From Candidatus Cloacimonadales bacterium (GTDB lineage: Bacteria > Cloacimonadota > Cloacimonadia > Cloacimonadales > JAFGVF01): 64,000 nt of DNA. A model generated the notes under the pieces. That model saw nothing but the letters and a program-made list of their open reading frames with translations, was not told the origin of the DNA and did not search any database. Position numbers and translations under genes: made by a program. Positions 9,934 through 19,800 of the stretch are shown in pieces. Location of the stretch: assembly GCA_963667035.1 (NCBI GenBank), contig OY762964.1, forward strand, positions 2,624,001-2,688,000, in the 5' to 3' direction. The number at the start of each line of letters is the position of its first letter. Position 1 is the first letter of the stretch.

Positions 9934-10839
9934 CTAACTATTCTCATTTATCATCTTTAAGTATTGTCTACTTTCTTCAAGATGCGGATTAATCTTAATT
10001 GCTGTATTAAAGCAGCTCTCAGCTTCCCCTATTCTTCCAAGCTTAAAGAGGCATATTCCCTTTAGATTGAATGCTTTCGCCAAATCTCTGTCCCAACTGA
10101 AGCTTTGGAGCATAAATGTTTTATCATATTGCAACAAATCCTCTTCAGAAACTCCTTTATCCAATTGACTCTTAAGCACCGCCTGTGTTTCAGGCTTATC
10201 ATCTAATGTATAGTAGTCTCTTTTCAGCATACCCATATAGCGAGATACAAAATCCATTCTGTAATCAATACCTTCTGAAACAATAGTTAACGCTTTTTCA
10301 TAATTTTCGAGCTCCAAAAAGATGCTTGCAGCTCTAAAAGAAGCATAATCAGGCTCAGGGGAAACCTCTGAAGATTTAAGGTAAAATTCAGCTGTTTTCG
10401 ATTTGTCACCCATCTTTTTATATACTTCCGCTATGTTTAAATAATTCAGATGGGCTTGTTCAGGATACTTGTCAGCTAGTTTTGACAGTATATTCAAGGC
10501 TTTATTATAATGCCCAAGTTCTCTATGTGCCAAGGCAATATTGCCAATCGCATCTTTTATTTCAGGATCAATGCTTAGCACCTTGGCATAAAGATTTATA
10601 GCAGGAACAAACTTCCTATCTTTCAAGAGTAAATCAGCTTGTTCTTTTAGTGATAAAGCTTCTTCTTCCCTACCTTTAGATCCGACGTCTTTAAGCCACT
10701 GCGGTTGTAGCAAAGTAAGAATACCAAAGATTATAAGAACAACCCAAACACCAAAGATAGCCCCGGGAGTAATATAATCAAAAGCAAGCCTTTTTCTCTT
10801 ATCTCTCTTATTCGGTTGTATGGATGATAAAAAGAACAT
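9934..10839 (-). CDS. Membrane-anchored TPR protein
   Basis: One N-terminal TM segment then TPR motifs (AFNLKGICLFKLGRIGEAESCFNTAIKINP). Confidence 0.8.
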   Translation of the reverse strand: MFFLSSIQPNKRDKRKRLAFDYITPGAIFGVWVVLIIFGILTLLQPQWLKDVGSKGREEEALSLKEQADLLLKDRKFVPAINLYAKVLSIDPEIKDAIGNIALAHRELGHYNKALNILSKLADKYPEQAHLNYLNIAEVYKKMGDKSKTAEFYLKSSEVSPEPDYASFRAASIFLELENYEKALTIVSEGIDYRMDFVSRYMGMLKRDYYTLDDKPETQAVLKSQLDKGVSEEDLLQYDKTFMLQSFSWDRDLAKAFNLKGICLFKLGRIGEAESCFNTAIKINPHLEESRQYLKMINENS

Positions 10840-12037
10840 TTTTCCCCTCTTTAGTTAGTCTATTAAACAATGCCACAGCTCTATCGTTTTTCAATCTGAA
10901 TACTTGTATTCCTGTCAGTGAATGCTCATTATAGACAAAATCCCACTCTTTGAAGTTCTCAATCACACCTCGAGCACCTTTACCATTAGCTCCGGCACCG
11001 AGAATCAAGATATCAGGTTTCATCTCAAAAATAGTGTTTAAATCTCTCGCATTGAACGATGATTTCTTATCAACCGGTCTGAATGTCCCATTAGGGAATA
11101 TCATGACATCGTAAAACGGTATAACGAAGCCTTTATAGATAGTAAGACCATTGGAAATATGAGTTATACCCTTATCTTTATTAAAAAAGAAGAATACACT
11201 CTGTCCGATTATCAAGGCTATTAACAGACCCAGGAAAAGTCTTTTGAAAAACTTGATTCTACTAAAATGGAAAACTATAAAGAATAGTACAAAACCTAGG
11301 ATAGTAAGCCCTATTATCCTCATCCAGTAAATCTTATCTGTGAATAAAGAGCTATTCAGAAGTAAGAAGAATACGAATACTGCCTGTAACAAAAGCATAC
11401 TAAGCGGGGAAGAAGAATAATCTTTCAGCTTCTCCTGCCTAAACTTCCAACCATTCTTAGCTATCTCTCCATGCTCAATCATAAAGAATACAAATGTGAG
11501 TCCAATGATTGCTCCCCACCCATCTTTTCCGATGTCTGATATGTCAAATATCCTACTTGAGATAAATACTTGAGCAAATTCATCAAATATAGAAGCACAT
11601 AAAGCCATTATGAAAGTCCATTTTATCACTTGGACATCAGTTGCTCCTCTCTCTCTGAACAATCTGAAAGCAATAAAAGCAAAAATCCCATAGGCAAAAT
11701 AGTGCCAATTGAACTGTAACTCATAGAAAGCATGATTAAAATAATAGTCTGATAGCTTCTGCCCTATACCAAATAGGATTATGATAACTCCCAACACTCC
11801 CCAACGCCACAAATCCATCTTCTTTCTAACGCTTATAAGCAGTGTAAGAAGGAGTATTACAGCTATTACAAGTACATTGGGTATAAAGTACTCTCCTACA
11901 TTGAATCCTGACCTTGATAAGTCACCTATGGCTCTTTGCAGATAGTTCTGTAGCATTAAAAAAGGTGTTAATACTAACAAGGCAATGTATAGCACCATTT
12001 GCCATAACTTAGAAAAAAATAAACTCTCTTTATTCAT
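10808..12037 (-). CDS. Polytopic membrane protein with VanZ-like region and C-terminal Mth938/DUF498-like domain
   Basis: WHYFAYG and FDEFAQVFISSRIFDISDIGKD (VanZ-like); C-terminal KPDILILGAG...AVALFNRL..EGKNVLFIIHTT (Mth938-like). Confidence 0.6.
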   Translation of the reverse strand: MNKESLFFSKLWQMVLYIALLVLTPFLMLQNYLQRAIGDLSRSGFNVGEYFIPNVLVIAVILLLTLLISVRKKMDLWRWGVLGVIIILFGIGQKLSDYYFNHAFYELQFNWHYFAYGIFAFIAFRLFRERGATDVQVIKWTFIMALCASIFDEFAQVFISSRIFDISDIGKDGWGAIIGLTFVFFMIEHGEIAKNGWKFRQEKLKDYSSSPLSMLLLQAVFVFFLLLNSSLFTDKIYWMRIIGLTILGFVLFFIVFHFSRIKFFKRLFLGLLIALIIGQSVFFFFNKDKGITHISNGLTIYKGFVIPFYDVMIFPNGTFRPVDKKSSFNARDLNTIFEMKPDILILGAGANGKGARGVIENFKEWDFVYNEHSLTGIQVFRLKNDRAVALFNRLTKEGKNVLFIIHTTE

Positions 12038-12134
12038 CTGTTTCCCCTTGTGAAATAATCTGTTTAGCAGAATGTTTTAAGTCAAGAGATAAATTCGGAT
12101 ATTTATGAAGCATAAATAGTTAGTGTTTATTGCT

Positions 12135-12163
12135 AAAATGGCGACCGGTAGGTCGCCATTTTT
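12135..12163. terminator. Bidirectional intrinsic terminator downstream of 12237..16268
   Basis: AAAATGGCGACC-GGTA-GGTCGCCATTTTT perfect stem with T tracts on both strands. Confidence 0.8.
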
Positions 12164-12236
12164 GGTAGTTAGGGAGATCATTTATGAGAAAACATCTCCG
12201 GAACTGCCCCCTAACAGTAGTTCCGGATAATAATGA

Positions 12237-15200
12237 TTATTTCTTCTTATTAACTTTAAGCTCAGGTTTGTGTTCTTTATATTCTGCCCATCTTAAACTT
12301 CTCAGATTTGTTCTTTGACTTAGACTGAATACAGGAGCTGCAACACGTACAGGAGCTTCGTCAGTTGCTGTCACTTTTACGAAGTAATGATTACCGGGAA
12401 GTAAAGATGCATCCATAGTAGCTGAGTTTGTTGGCCATGAACTTAGATAAGTTAACTCATTAGCTTCAAATTCCGGTGTTTCTTCTACATATACTTTGTA
12501 AAGTGTAGCACCGGAAACAGCATCCCATGTTAGATTCATTAAACTACCGTCATATGATAATGAAATGTTTGCAGGTATATCTAGTGGTATTGGAGGTTCA
12601 ACCAAATCTTCTACTGAAGTAGCAAAAGCTATTGCCAGGTCATTTGATATAGGACCGCCTACACCGTTGTTTCTGTATTGGATACCAATTGTTCCGTCAG
12701 CATTCTCTATACCGATACAGGCATCGCCGGCAATTGATTCAACACCTGAATCACCGTTAGGATTTAAATAGTTCTGATATTGTATTTTTATCCTTCCGCT
12801 AGGATAAAGTATTACTTGAACATCAATGTATTCATTTAAATCACTGTAATCGTTGTACATCATTGCAGTATAAACAAAGTTGCCGGCTACATCATTTCCA
12901 TAGTATAGTACCGATGGTATATCTTCAGGATCTGAGTCCATGGATGCAAATGCTATTACATCATTAGGTCCGGAAGAATTAGGAATAACCAAATTCTCAT
13001 GATTTTGCCAGCCTGAGTCAACTGTGCCAAACTGAATTGTTCCGTTAGAACAGATAGACAACTCGGTATAATCATTACCAAAGTAATTGAAAGTAAATCC
13101 AATAGGAACATTCTGTGCAGAAGCATCATCTCCAAGTGAAATTACAGTACCGGTTTCACTGATATCTACCCACTCAAAGGTAGGTTGATAGCCTAAAGCA
13201 CTACCTTCATCAGTATTATTAGCAAAGTAGTAACCATCATAAAGTGTACCGTCTCCACCATAGTTAGGATTAGATAAAGTAGTGTAACTATAACTAGCTT
13301 CCGGTGCAGGGCCTTCACCATTCTGATTATAACCTGTTACATACCAGTAATATGTTGTATCATAATCAAGAGGAGATGTAAGAACCACACCTGTATAGTC
13401 GCCAACATCTGTTTGGATAAATTCTTCATTATCCAAGCTTACGTACAAGTAATAACCTGAAGCCCAACTGTCAGCATTCCACTGGAATGTAGTGTATTCA
13501 CTTATACCGGTAGCAAGATTTTCCGGTGTAGTCAAAACAATCTCTTCAGGAGTGTTTGCATAAGTAGTAAAACTCCATACAGGACATTCAGTTGCATTAC
13601 CATTTGCATTGTAAGGGATTACTTGCCAATAATGTGTAACGCCACCGGCCAAATCAGTAACATCATAGGTTAAATCTGTGCCATTATCATTCATGCTAAG
13701 AATATTTGTTGGTGGATTATCTGTACCGAAATTCAAATAGTACCCATCAGCGAAGTTAGCAGAATTCCACTCAATAGTTAATGCAAATTCTTGATCAATA
13801 GCCCCGTCAGCAGGTGATACTGCTGTTGTAGCTGCAGGAGGTGTAGCTACTGTTGTAAAGCTCCATACAGAAGCTCCACTGGCATCACCGTTAGCATTGT
13901 AAGGTACTACTTGCCAATAATATGTAACGCCACCGACTAAACCACTATAATTATAAGTAGTTGCATCATCTTGGTTAACCCCATTTAGAATATTTGTTGG
14001 TGGATTGTCTGAACCAAAATACAATTTATAGCCGTCGGCATACAAAACACTATTCCATTCAAGTGTTCCTACTGCAAGCTGATCAACAGCCTCATCGGCA
14101 GGTGATACGAGTGTAGTAACTGCTGGAGGTGTAGTGTTATCAAAAATGTAGATGTCATCTATTGCGATATCTCCAAGATAGCTGGTTGATTCCATACCTC
14201 TAAAGTCTAAAGATACGGTTTGTCCTGCATATTCCGAAAGATTCACCAAACCCATCATCCATTCAGATTGTCCTTCAGGAGATGCAATAGTTACTACGGA
14301 TTCATCAGTTGTTTCACCATTAATAACATCTATATGCAATTCAGTAGTATTAGCATTCTTTCCAATCCAATAGTAGAAAGTAAAAACCGGATTTGTCAAA
14401 CTACTCAAATTGAAAGTAGGTGTATATAGATGAGCAGGAATTACGTTAGGATCTGAATCATCAAGGAACATCATATATCCGCTATTACCTGTATGCTCAG
14501 AAGATGCTGTATAATCATAAGACGTACCTTGATAAGTTTGCCAACCATTATTGCTTGAATCAGGATTACCTACCCATTCAAGTGGAAATTCAGCAGTGTC
14601 AAAAGACTGTGTATAAGGGAAAGCTGCAATAATGGGATCAAATCCTTCACCTTGTACCGGAATATTATGAGTTTCTCTCGTAACATTGTCAACAATCACA
14701 ATATTGTCGCTGACAATTCCTTCAGAAACAGGTTGGAAAGTAACTTCAAATGAAGCAGATTGAGTCGGTGCAAGAGTTAATGGATATGAATTACTATCAT
14801 TTATCGAGAAGTAAGTTCCTGTTGCCATTGCAATCGGATTATTAATTACCAAGTCTGCTCCACCATTATTAGTAATAGTAAACATTTGAGCATCACTTTG
14901 TATATTGATGTAACTCATTCCAAAATCTTTGGATTCTGGATTTATTGAGAACTCAGGTATTTCAGGAATATCACCGAACAGTATTCTAATATTCGGAATC
15001 GAAGTTCTAAGATAGGATGCAGTCGGAGGACCTGTTGGATCTGGATTAGTTGAATCACTTCTATAAATTAGAGAACGACTTTCCTCAACTGTTGTACAGA
15101 AGAATTCATCTGAATTAGTTTCGCAATTTGTTTGATTTTCATCAATGGCAATAACTAAATTATCAGTATTATTATAATTGAAAGGCATATCCAAATTTAA

Positions 15201-16268
15201 CTCAATCCAACAATCTTCTGTTGGATAAGGGTCTAGGGTCACAGAAGCAACTTGCATCAAGTTATCGACTGAAATCCAATCAGTTGTTGAGGCAAACTCT
15301 GTTAAATTGGTATGTCCCATATAGATAACCCACTGAGTTGAATGTTCAAGATCACTATAACCATTGTAATGATACCAAATTTTCTCTATTCTTCTGCTCT
15401 CGACATTTACCTCACTTTGAAGATAGATGCTTTGAGAATATGAATAGCCATAATATGGCTCGATGGGGAGACCTTCGCCTACAACACTTCCATTACCAAT
15501 AGCAATAACATCTGGACCCAAAGGAGTAGAGAATGAATAAACAGGAGATTCAGCTTGTAGTCTTACTACAGTATTCTTTGAAATCACTTTCCAGTAATAT
15601 GTTGTTGTATAAGCTAGTCTTCCCGGAGAATAGTTACCAGCTTCTCCGGCAGTAGCATTATCTATAACCAAATTAGTTGGTGGATTATCTGTACCAAAAT
15701 ATAAGTCATAAGTCTCAGTATTAGCACCAAAAGTCCATGATATTGAAGTGTTTGTTGGCAAATCAAGAGCACCATCTGCAGGTGAAATATTTGAGATTAC
15801 TTCAGGTGTACTAGGGTCTTCGATTACAGCACTCATATCGATTTGATAAGCACCTTCAGAATCATCCCATCCTTCCACAACTATGTAATAATCAGTATTA
15901 GCATCAAGGGCTAAATCTAATAATGAAGAAGTATTATTAGGAAGACTAGAGCCATCCGGGTAATATCCATCATCATTAGACCAAAGCTGAGTAGTTTGAT
16001 CTGCAGCATAAACACGCAAGTATGTGTCAAAACTTGAATTATCAAGTAATATATCAAGATCAAGAATTGCGAATGGTGAATTAATCACATAGAATGCATC
16101 TGCACTAGCATTATCAATAGTATTTGTTAATGTAGTTGTATCCCCAGTGTCGGTATAGGGAAAGTCAGTATTTGTAATCGGGACAGCAGTAGCAAAAGTA
16201 TCTCCCCCAATAGCAAACAATCCTAAAACCAAAACAAATAACATAAGGGTCAATATACTTTTTTTCAT
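12237..16268 (-). CDS. Large secreted surface protein, paralog 1 (PPC-like N-domain, FN3 repeats, choice-of-anchor D/Ig-like, MAM-like, C-terminal FN3-like domain, basic tail)
   Basis: Signal peptide; GDTFATAVPI/FDTYLRVY N-domain; repeated 'YFGTDNPP..YYW' FN3 units; 'FTITNNGGADLVI' Ig-like; paralogous to next two genes. Confidence 0.75.
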   Translation of the reverse strand: MKKSILTLMLFVLVLGLFAIGGDTFATAVPITNTDFPYTDTGDTTTLTNTIDNASADAFYVINSPFAILDLDILLDNSSFDTYLRVYAADQTTQLWSNDDGYYPDGSSLPNNTSSLLDLALDANTDYYIVVEGWDDSEGAYQIDMSAVIEDPSTPEVISNISPADGALDLPTNTSISWTFGANTETYDLYFGTDNPPTNLVIDNATAGEAGNYSPGRLAYTTTYYWKVISKNTVVRLQAESPVYSFSTPLGPDVIAIGNGSVVGEGLPIEPYYGYSYSQSIYLQSEVNVESRRIEKIWYHYNGYSDLEHSTQWVIYMGHTNLTEFASTTDWISVDNLMQVASVTLDPYPTEDCWIELNLDMPFNYNNTDNLVIAIDENQTNCETNSDEFFCTTVEESRSLIYRSDSTNPDPTGPPTASYLRTSIPNIRILFGDIPEIPEFSINPESKDFGMSYINIQSDAQMFTITNNGGADLVINNPIAMATGTYFSINDSNSYPLTLAPTQSASFEVTFQPVSEGIVSDNIVIVDNVTRETHNIPVQGEGFDPIIAAFPYTQSFDTAEFPLEWVGNPDSSNNGWQTYQGTSYDYTASSEHTGNSGYMMFLDDSDPNVIPAHLYTPTFNLSSLTNPVFTFYYWIGKNANTTELHIDVINGETTDESVVTIASPEGQSEWMMGLVNLSEYAGQTVSLDFRGMESTSYLGDIAIDDIYIFDNTTPPAVTTLVSPADEAVDQLAVGTLEWNSVLYADGYKLYFGSDNPPTNILNGVNQDDATTYNYSGLVGGVTYYWQVVPYNANGDASGASVWSFTTVATPPAATTAVSPADGAIDQEFALTIEWNSANFADGYYLNFGTDNPPTNILSMNDNGTDLTYDVTDLAGGVTHYWQVIPYNANGNATECPVWSFTTYANTPEEIVLTTPENLATGISEYTTFQWNADSWASGYYLYVSLDNEEFIQTDVGDYTGVVLTSPLDYDTTYYWYVTGYNQNGEGPAPEASYSYTTLSNPNYGGDGTLYDGYYFANNTDEGSALGYQPTFEWVDISETGTVISLGDDASAQNVPIGFTFNYFGNDYTELSICSNGTIQFGTVDSGWQNHENLVIPNSSGPNDVIAFASMDSDPEDIPSVLYYGNDVAGNFVYTAMMYNDYSDLNEYIDVQVILYPSGRIKIQYQNYLNPNGDSGVESIAGDACIGIENADGTIGIQYRNNGVGGPISNDLAIAFATSVEDLVEPPIPLDIPANISLSYDGSLMNLTWDAVSGATLYKVYVEETPEFEANELTYLSSWPTNSATMDASLLPGNHYFVKVTATDEAPVRVAAPVFSLSQRTNLRSLRWAEYKEHKPELKVNKKK

Positions 16269-16371
16269 AATTGGATAACTCCATATATATTGTTGTTTAG
16301 TATTAATTTGTTTGAAAAGCTATTTATGAATACAAAACTCTCGTTTCGTATTCTGAATAGAATTCGAATAT

Positions 16372-16601
16372 TCTCCTTGTTGTCCTGGTGCATTTCCTTT
16401 TACACCACCCCTTTAGATAATCCTTTCATTGTTTCTTAGAGCTTTGTGGTTATGTGGATGTGTTTTGGTGTGTTCAGCTCTTCAAAACAACTATCTCAGA
16501 TCATTTTTTGTTTCCGGTATTTTATTTCTTCCGGTACGAAATTTCCTTCTTTTTACTGTACTTCAGCCACATTTGTCCTACCTCCTGTGGACCAAAATAC
16601 A
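16372..16601 (-). promoter_or_regulatory. Structured 5' leader, copy 1 (candidate cis-regulatory RNA)
   Basis: Hairpins H1 16557-16601 (loop contains GGTAGGA), H2 16415-16496 (loop CCAAAACACATCCACATAACCACAA), H3 16386-16407, then ACAAGGAGA; same order in copies 2 and 3. Confidence 0.6.
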
Positions 16602-16772
16602 TTGATACAACGCAAATTTGGTTTAATATCAATTTCCTTGTCAAGAGTTTTTTGAATTCACTAATTGCTAAAAAGATTATTTTGATTCTGTAAAATGCTT
16701 AGATTATTGAGTAGATTTAAATTATGAATTTGTTTCAATAAGTGTTTTTATTATTGTTTCTTTACCATTAAC

Positions 16773-16803
16773 AAAAAAAGACGACTCCTTACGAAGTCGT
16801 CTT
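16773..16803 (-). terminator. Intrinsic terminator after paralog 2
   Basis: Minus strand AAGACGACTTC-GTAAG-GAGTCGTCTTTTTTT. Confidence 0.85.
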
Positions 16804-16824
16804 GATTTTCTGATAGATTTATGT

Positions 16825-19800
16825 TTATTTAACTATCTTTTTACCCAATTCCGGTTTAGGCTCAATGTATTCTATCCATCTTAAGTTTCTGAGATTTACT
16901 CTTTGACTAATACTGAATACAGGAGCTGCAACACGTACAGGAGCTTCGTCAGTTGCTGTCACTTTTACGAAGTAATGATTACCGGGAAGTAAAGATGCAT
17001 CCATAGTAGCTGAGTTTGTTGGCCATGAACTTAGATAAGTTAACTCATTAGCTTCAAATTCCGGTGTTTCTTCTACATATACTTTGTAAAGTGTAGCACC
17101 GGAAACAGCATCCCATGTTAGATTCATTAAACTACCGTCATATGATAATGAAATGTTTGCAGGTATATCTAGTGGTGTTGGAGGTTCAACTAATTCTTCT
17201 ACTGAAGTAGCAAAAGCTATTGCCAAGTCATTTGATATAGGACCACCTACACCGTTGTTTCTGTATTGGATACCAATTGTTCCGTCAGCATTCTCTATAC
17301 CGATACAGGCATCGCCGGCAATTGATACAACACCTGAATCACCGTTAGGATTTAAATAGTTCTGATATTGTATTTTTATCCTTCCGCTAGGATAAAGTAT
17401 TACTTGAACATCAATGTATTCATTTAAATCACCGTAATCATTGTACATCATTGCAGTATAAACAAAGTTGCCGGCTGCATCATTTCCATAGTATAGTACC
17501 GATGGTATATCTTCAGGATTTGAGTCCATGGATGCAAATGCTATTACATCATTAGGTACGGAAGAATTAGGAATAGCTAAATTCTCATGATTTTGCCAGT
17601 TTGTGTCAACTGTACCAAACTGAATTGTTCCGTTAGAACAGATAGACAACTCGGTATAATCATTACCAAAGTAATTGAAAGTAAATCCAATAGGAACATT
17701 CTGTGCAGAAGCATCATCTCCAAGTGAAATTACAGTACCGGTTTCACTGATATCTACCCACTCAAAGGTAGGTTGATAACCTAAAGCACTACCATTAACA
17801 GTACTATTGGCAAAGTAGTAACCATCATAAAGTGTACCGTCTCCACCAAAGTTAGGATTTGCCAGAGTTGTGAAGCTATATGTTGCAACAGGTGCAGGTC
17901 CTTCACCATTACTATTATAGCCGGTTACATACCAATAATATGTTGTGTTATAATCAAGAGGTGATGTAAGAATCACACCTGTATAATTACCAACATCTGT
18001 TTGGATAAAGTCTTCATTATCCAAACTTACATACAAATAATAACCGGTAGCCCAACTGTCTGCATCCCACTGGAATGTAGTGTATTCACTTATACCTGTA
18101 GCAAGATTTTCCGGTGCAGTCATAACAATCTCTTCAGGAGTACTTCCATACGTAGTAAAACTCCATACAGGGCAATCAGTTGCATTACCGTTTACATTGT
18201 AAGGAATTACTTGCCAATAATATGTTATCCCGCCAGCTAAATCACTATAATTATAAGTAGTTGCGTCATCTTGATCAACTCCATCTAGAATATTTGTTGG
18301 AGGATTATCTGAACCAAAACTCAAATAATAACCATCAGCAAAAGGCACACTATTCCATTCAAGGGTTCCTGCTGAAAGCTGATCAACAGATTCATCGGCA
18401 GGTGATACTAGTGTAGTAACTGCTGGAGGTATAGTGTTATCAAAAATGTAGATGTCATCTATTGTGATATCTCCATAGAAACTTGTTGATTCCATAGCTC
18501 TAAAGTCTAAAGATACGGTTTGTCCCGCATATTCCGTGAGATTCACAAAACCCATCATCCATTCAGATTGTCCTTCAGGAGATGCAAAAGTTGCTACGGA
18601 TTCATCAGTTGTTTCACCATTCACAACATCTATATGCAATTCAGTAGTATTAGCATTCTTTCCAATCCAATAGTAGAAAGTAAGAACCGGATTTGTCAAA
18701 CTACTGAAATTGAAAGTAGGTGTATATAGATGAGCAGGAATTACGTTAGGATCTGAATCATCAAGGAACATCATATATCCGCTATTACCTGTATGCTCAG
18801 AAGATGCTGCATAATCATAAGACAAACCTTGATAAGTTTGCCAACCATTATTGTTTGAATCAGGATTTCCTACCCATTCAAGTGGAAACTCAGCAGTGTC
18901 AAAAGACTGTGTATAAGGAAAATCTGCAATAATGGGATCAAATCCTTCACCTTGTACCGGAATATTATGAGTTTCTCTCGTAACATTGTCAACAATCACA
19001 ATATTGTCGCTGACAATTCCTTCAGAAACAGGTTGGAAAATAACTTCAAATGAAGCAGATTGAGTCGGTGCAAGAGTTAATGGATATGAATTACTATCAT
19101 TTATCGAGAAGTAAGTTCCGGTTTCCATTGCAACCTGATTGTTAATAACCAAGTCTGCTCCACCATTATTAATAATAGTAAAAGAGTGAGCATCACTTAG
19201 ACTATTAATATAGGTCATACCGAAATCATAAGAGTCAGGATTTATTGAGAACTCAGGTAGTTCAGGAACATCACCAAACTGAATCCTAATATTTGGGATA
19301 GAAGTTCTCAGATAAGATGCAGTCGGAGGTTCTGTTGGATCAGGATTGTTTGAATCACTTCTATACATAATTGAACGACTTTCCTCAACTGTTGTGCAGA
19401 AGAATTCATCTGTACTTGACTCACAACCTGTTTGATTCTCTTCAACAGCAATAACTAAGTTATCAGTATTGTTATAACTGAAAGGTGAATCCAAGTTAAA
19501 CTCAATCCAACCATCATCTGTTGGATAAGGATCTAGTGCCACTGAAGCGACTTGCGTCAAGTTATCGATTGGAATCCAGTCTGATGTAGAGGCAAACTCT
19601 GTTAAATTGGTATGACCCATATAGATAACCCACTGAGTTGAATGTTCAAGATCAGTAGAGCCATTGTAGTGATACCAAATTTTCTCTATTCTTCTGCTCT
19701 CGACATTTACCTCACTTTGAAGATAGATACTCTGAGAATATGAATAGTAATAAAATGGTTCGATGGGGAGACCTTGGTCTACAACACTACCATTACCAAT

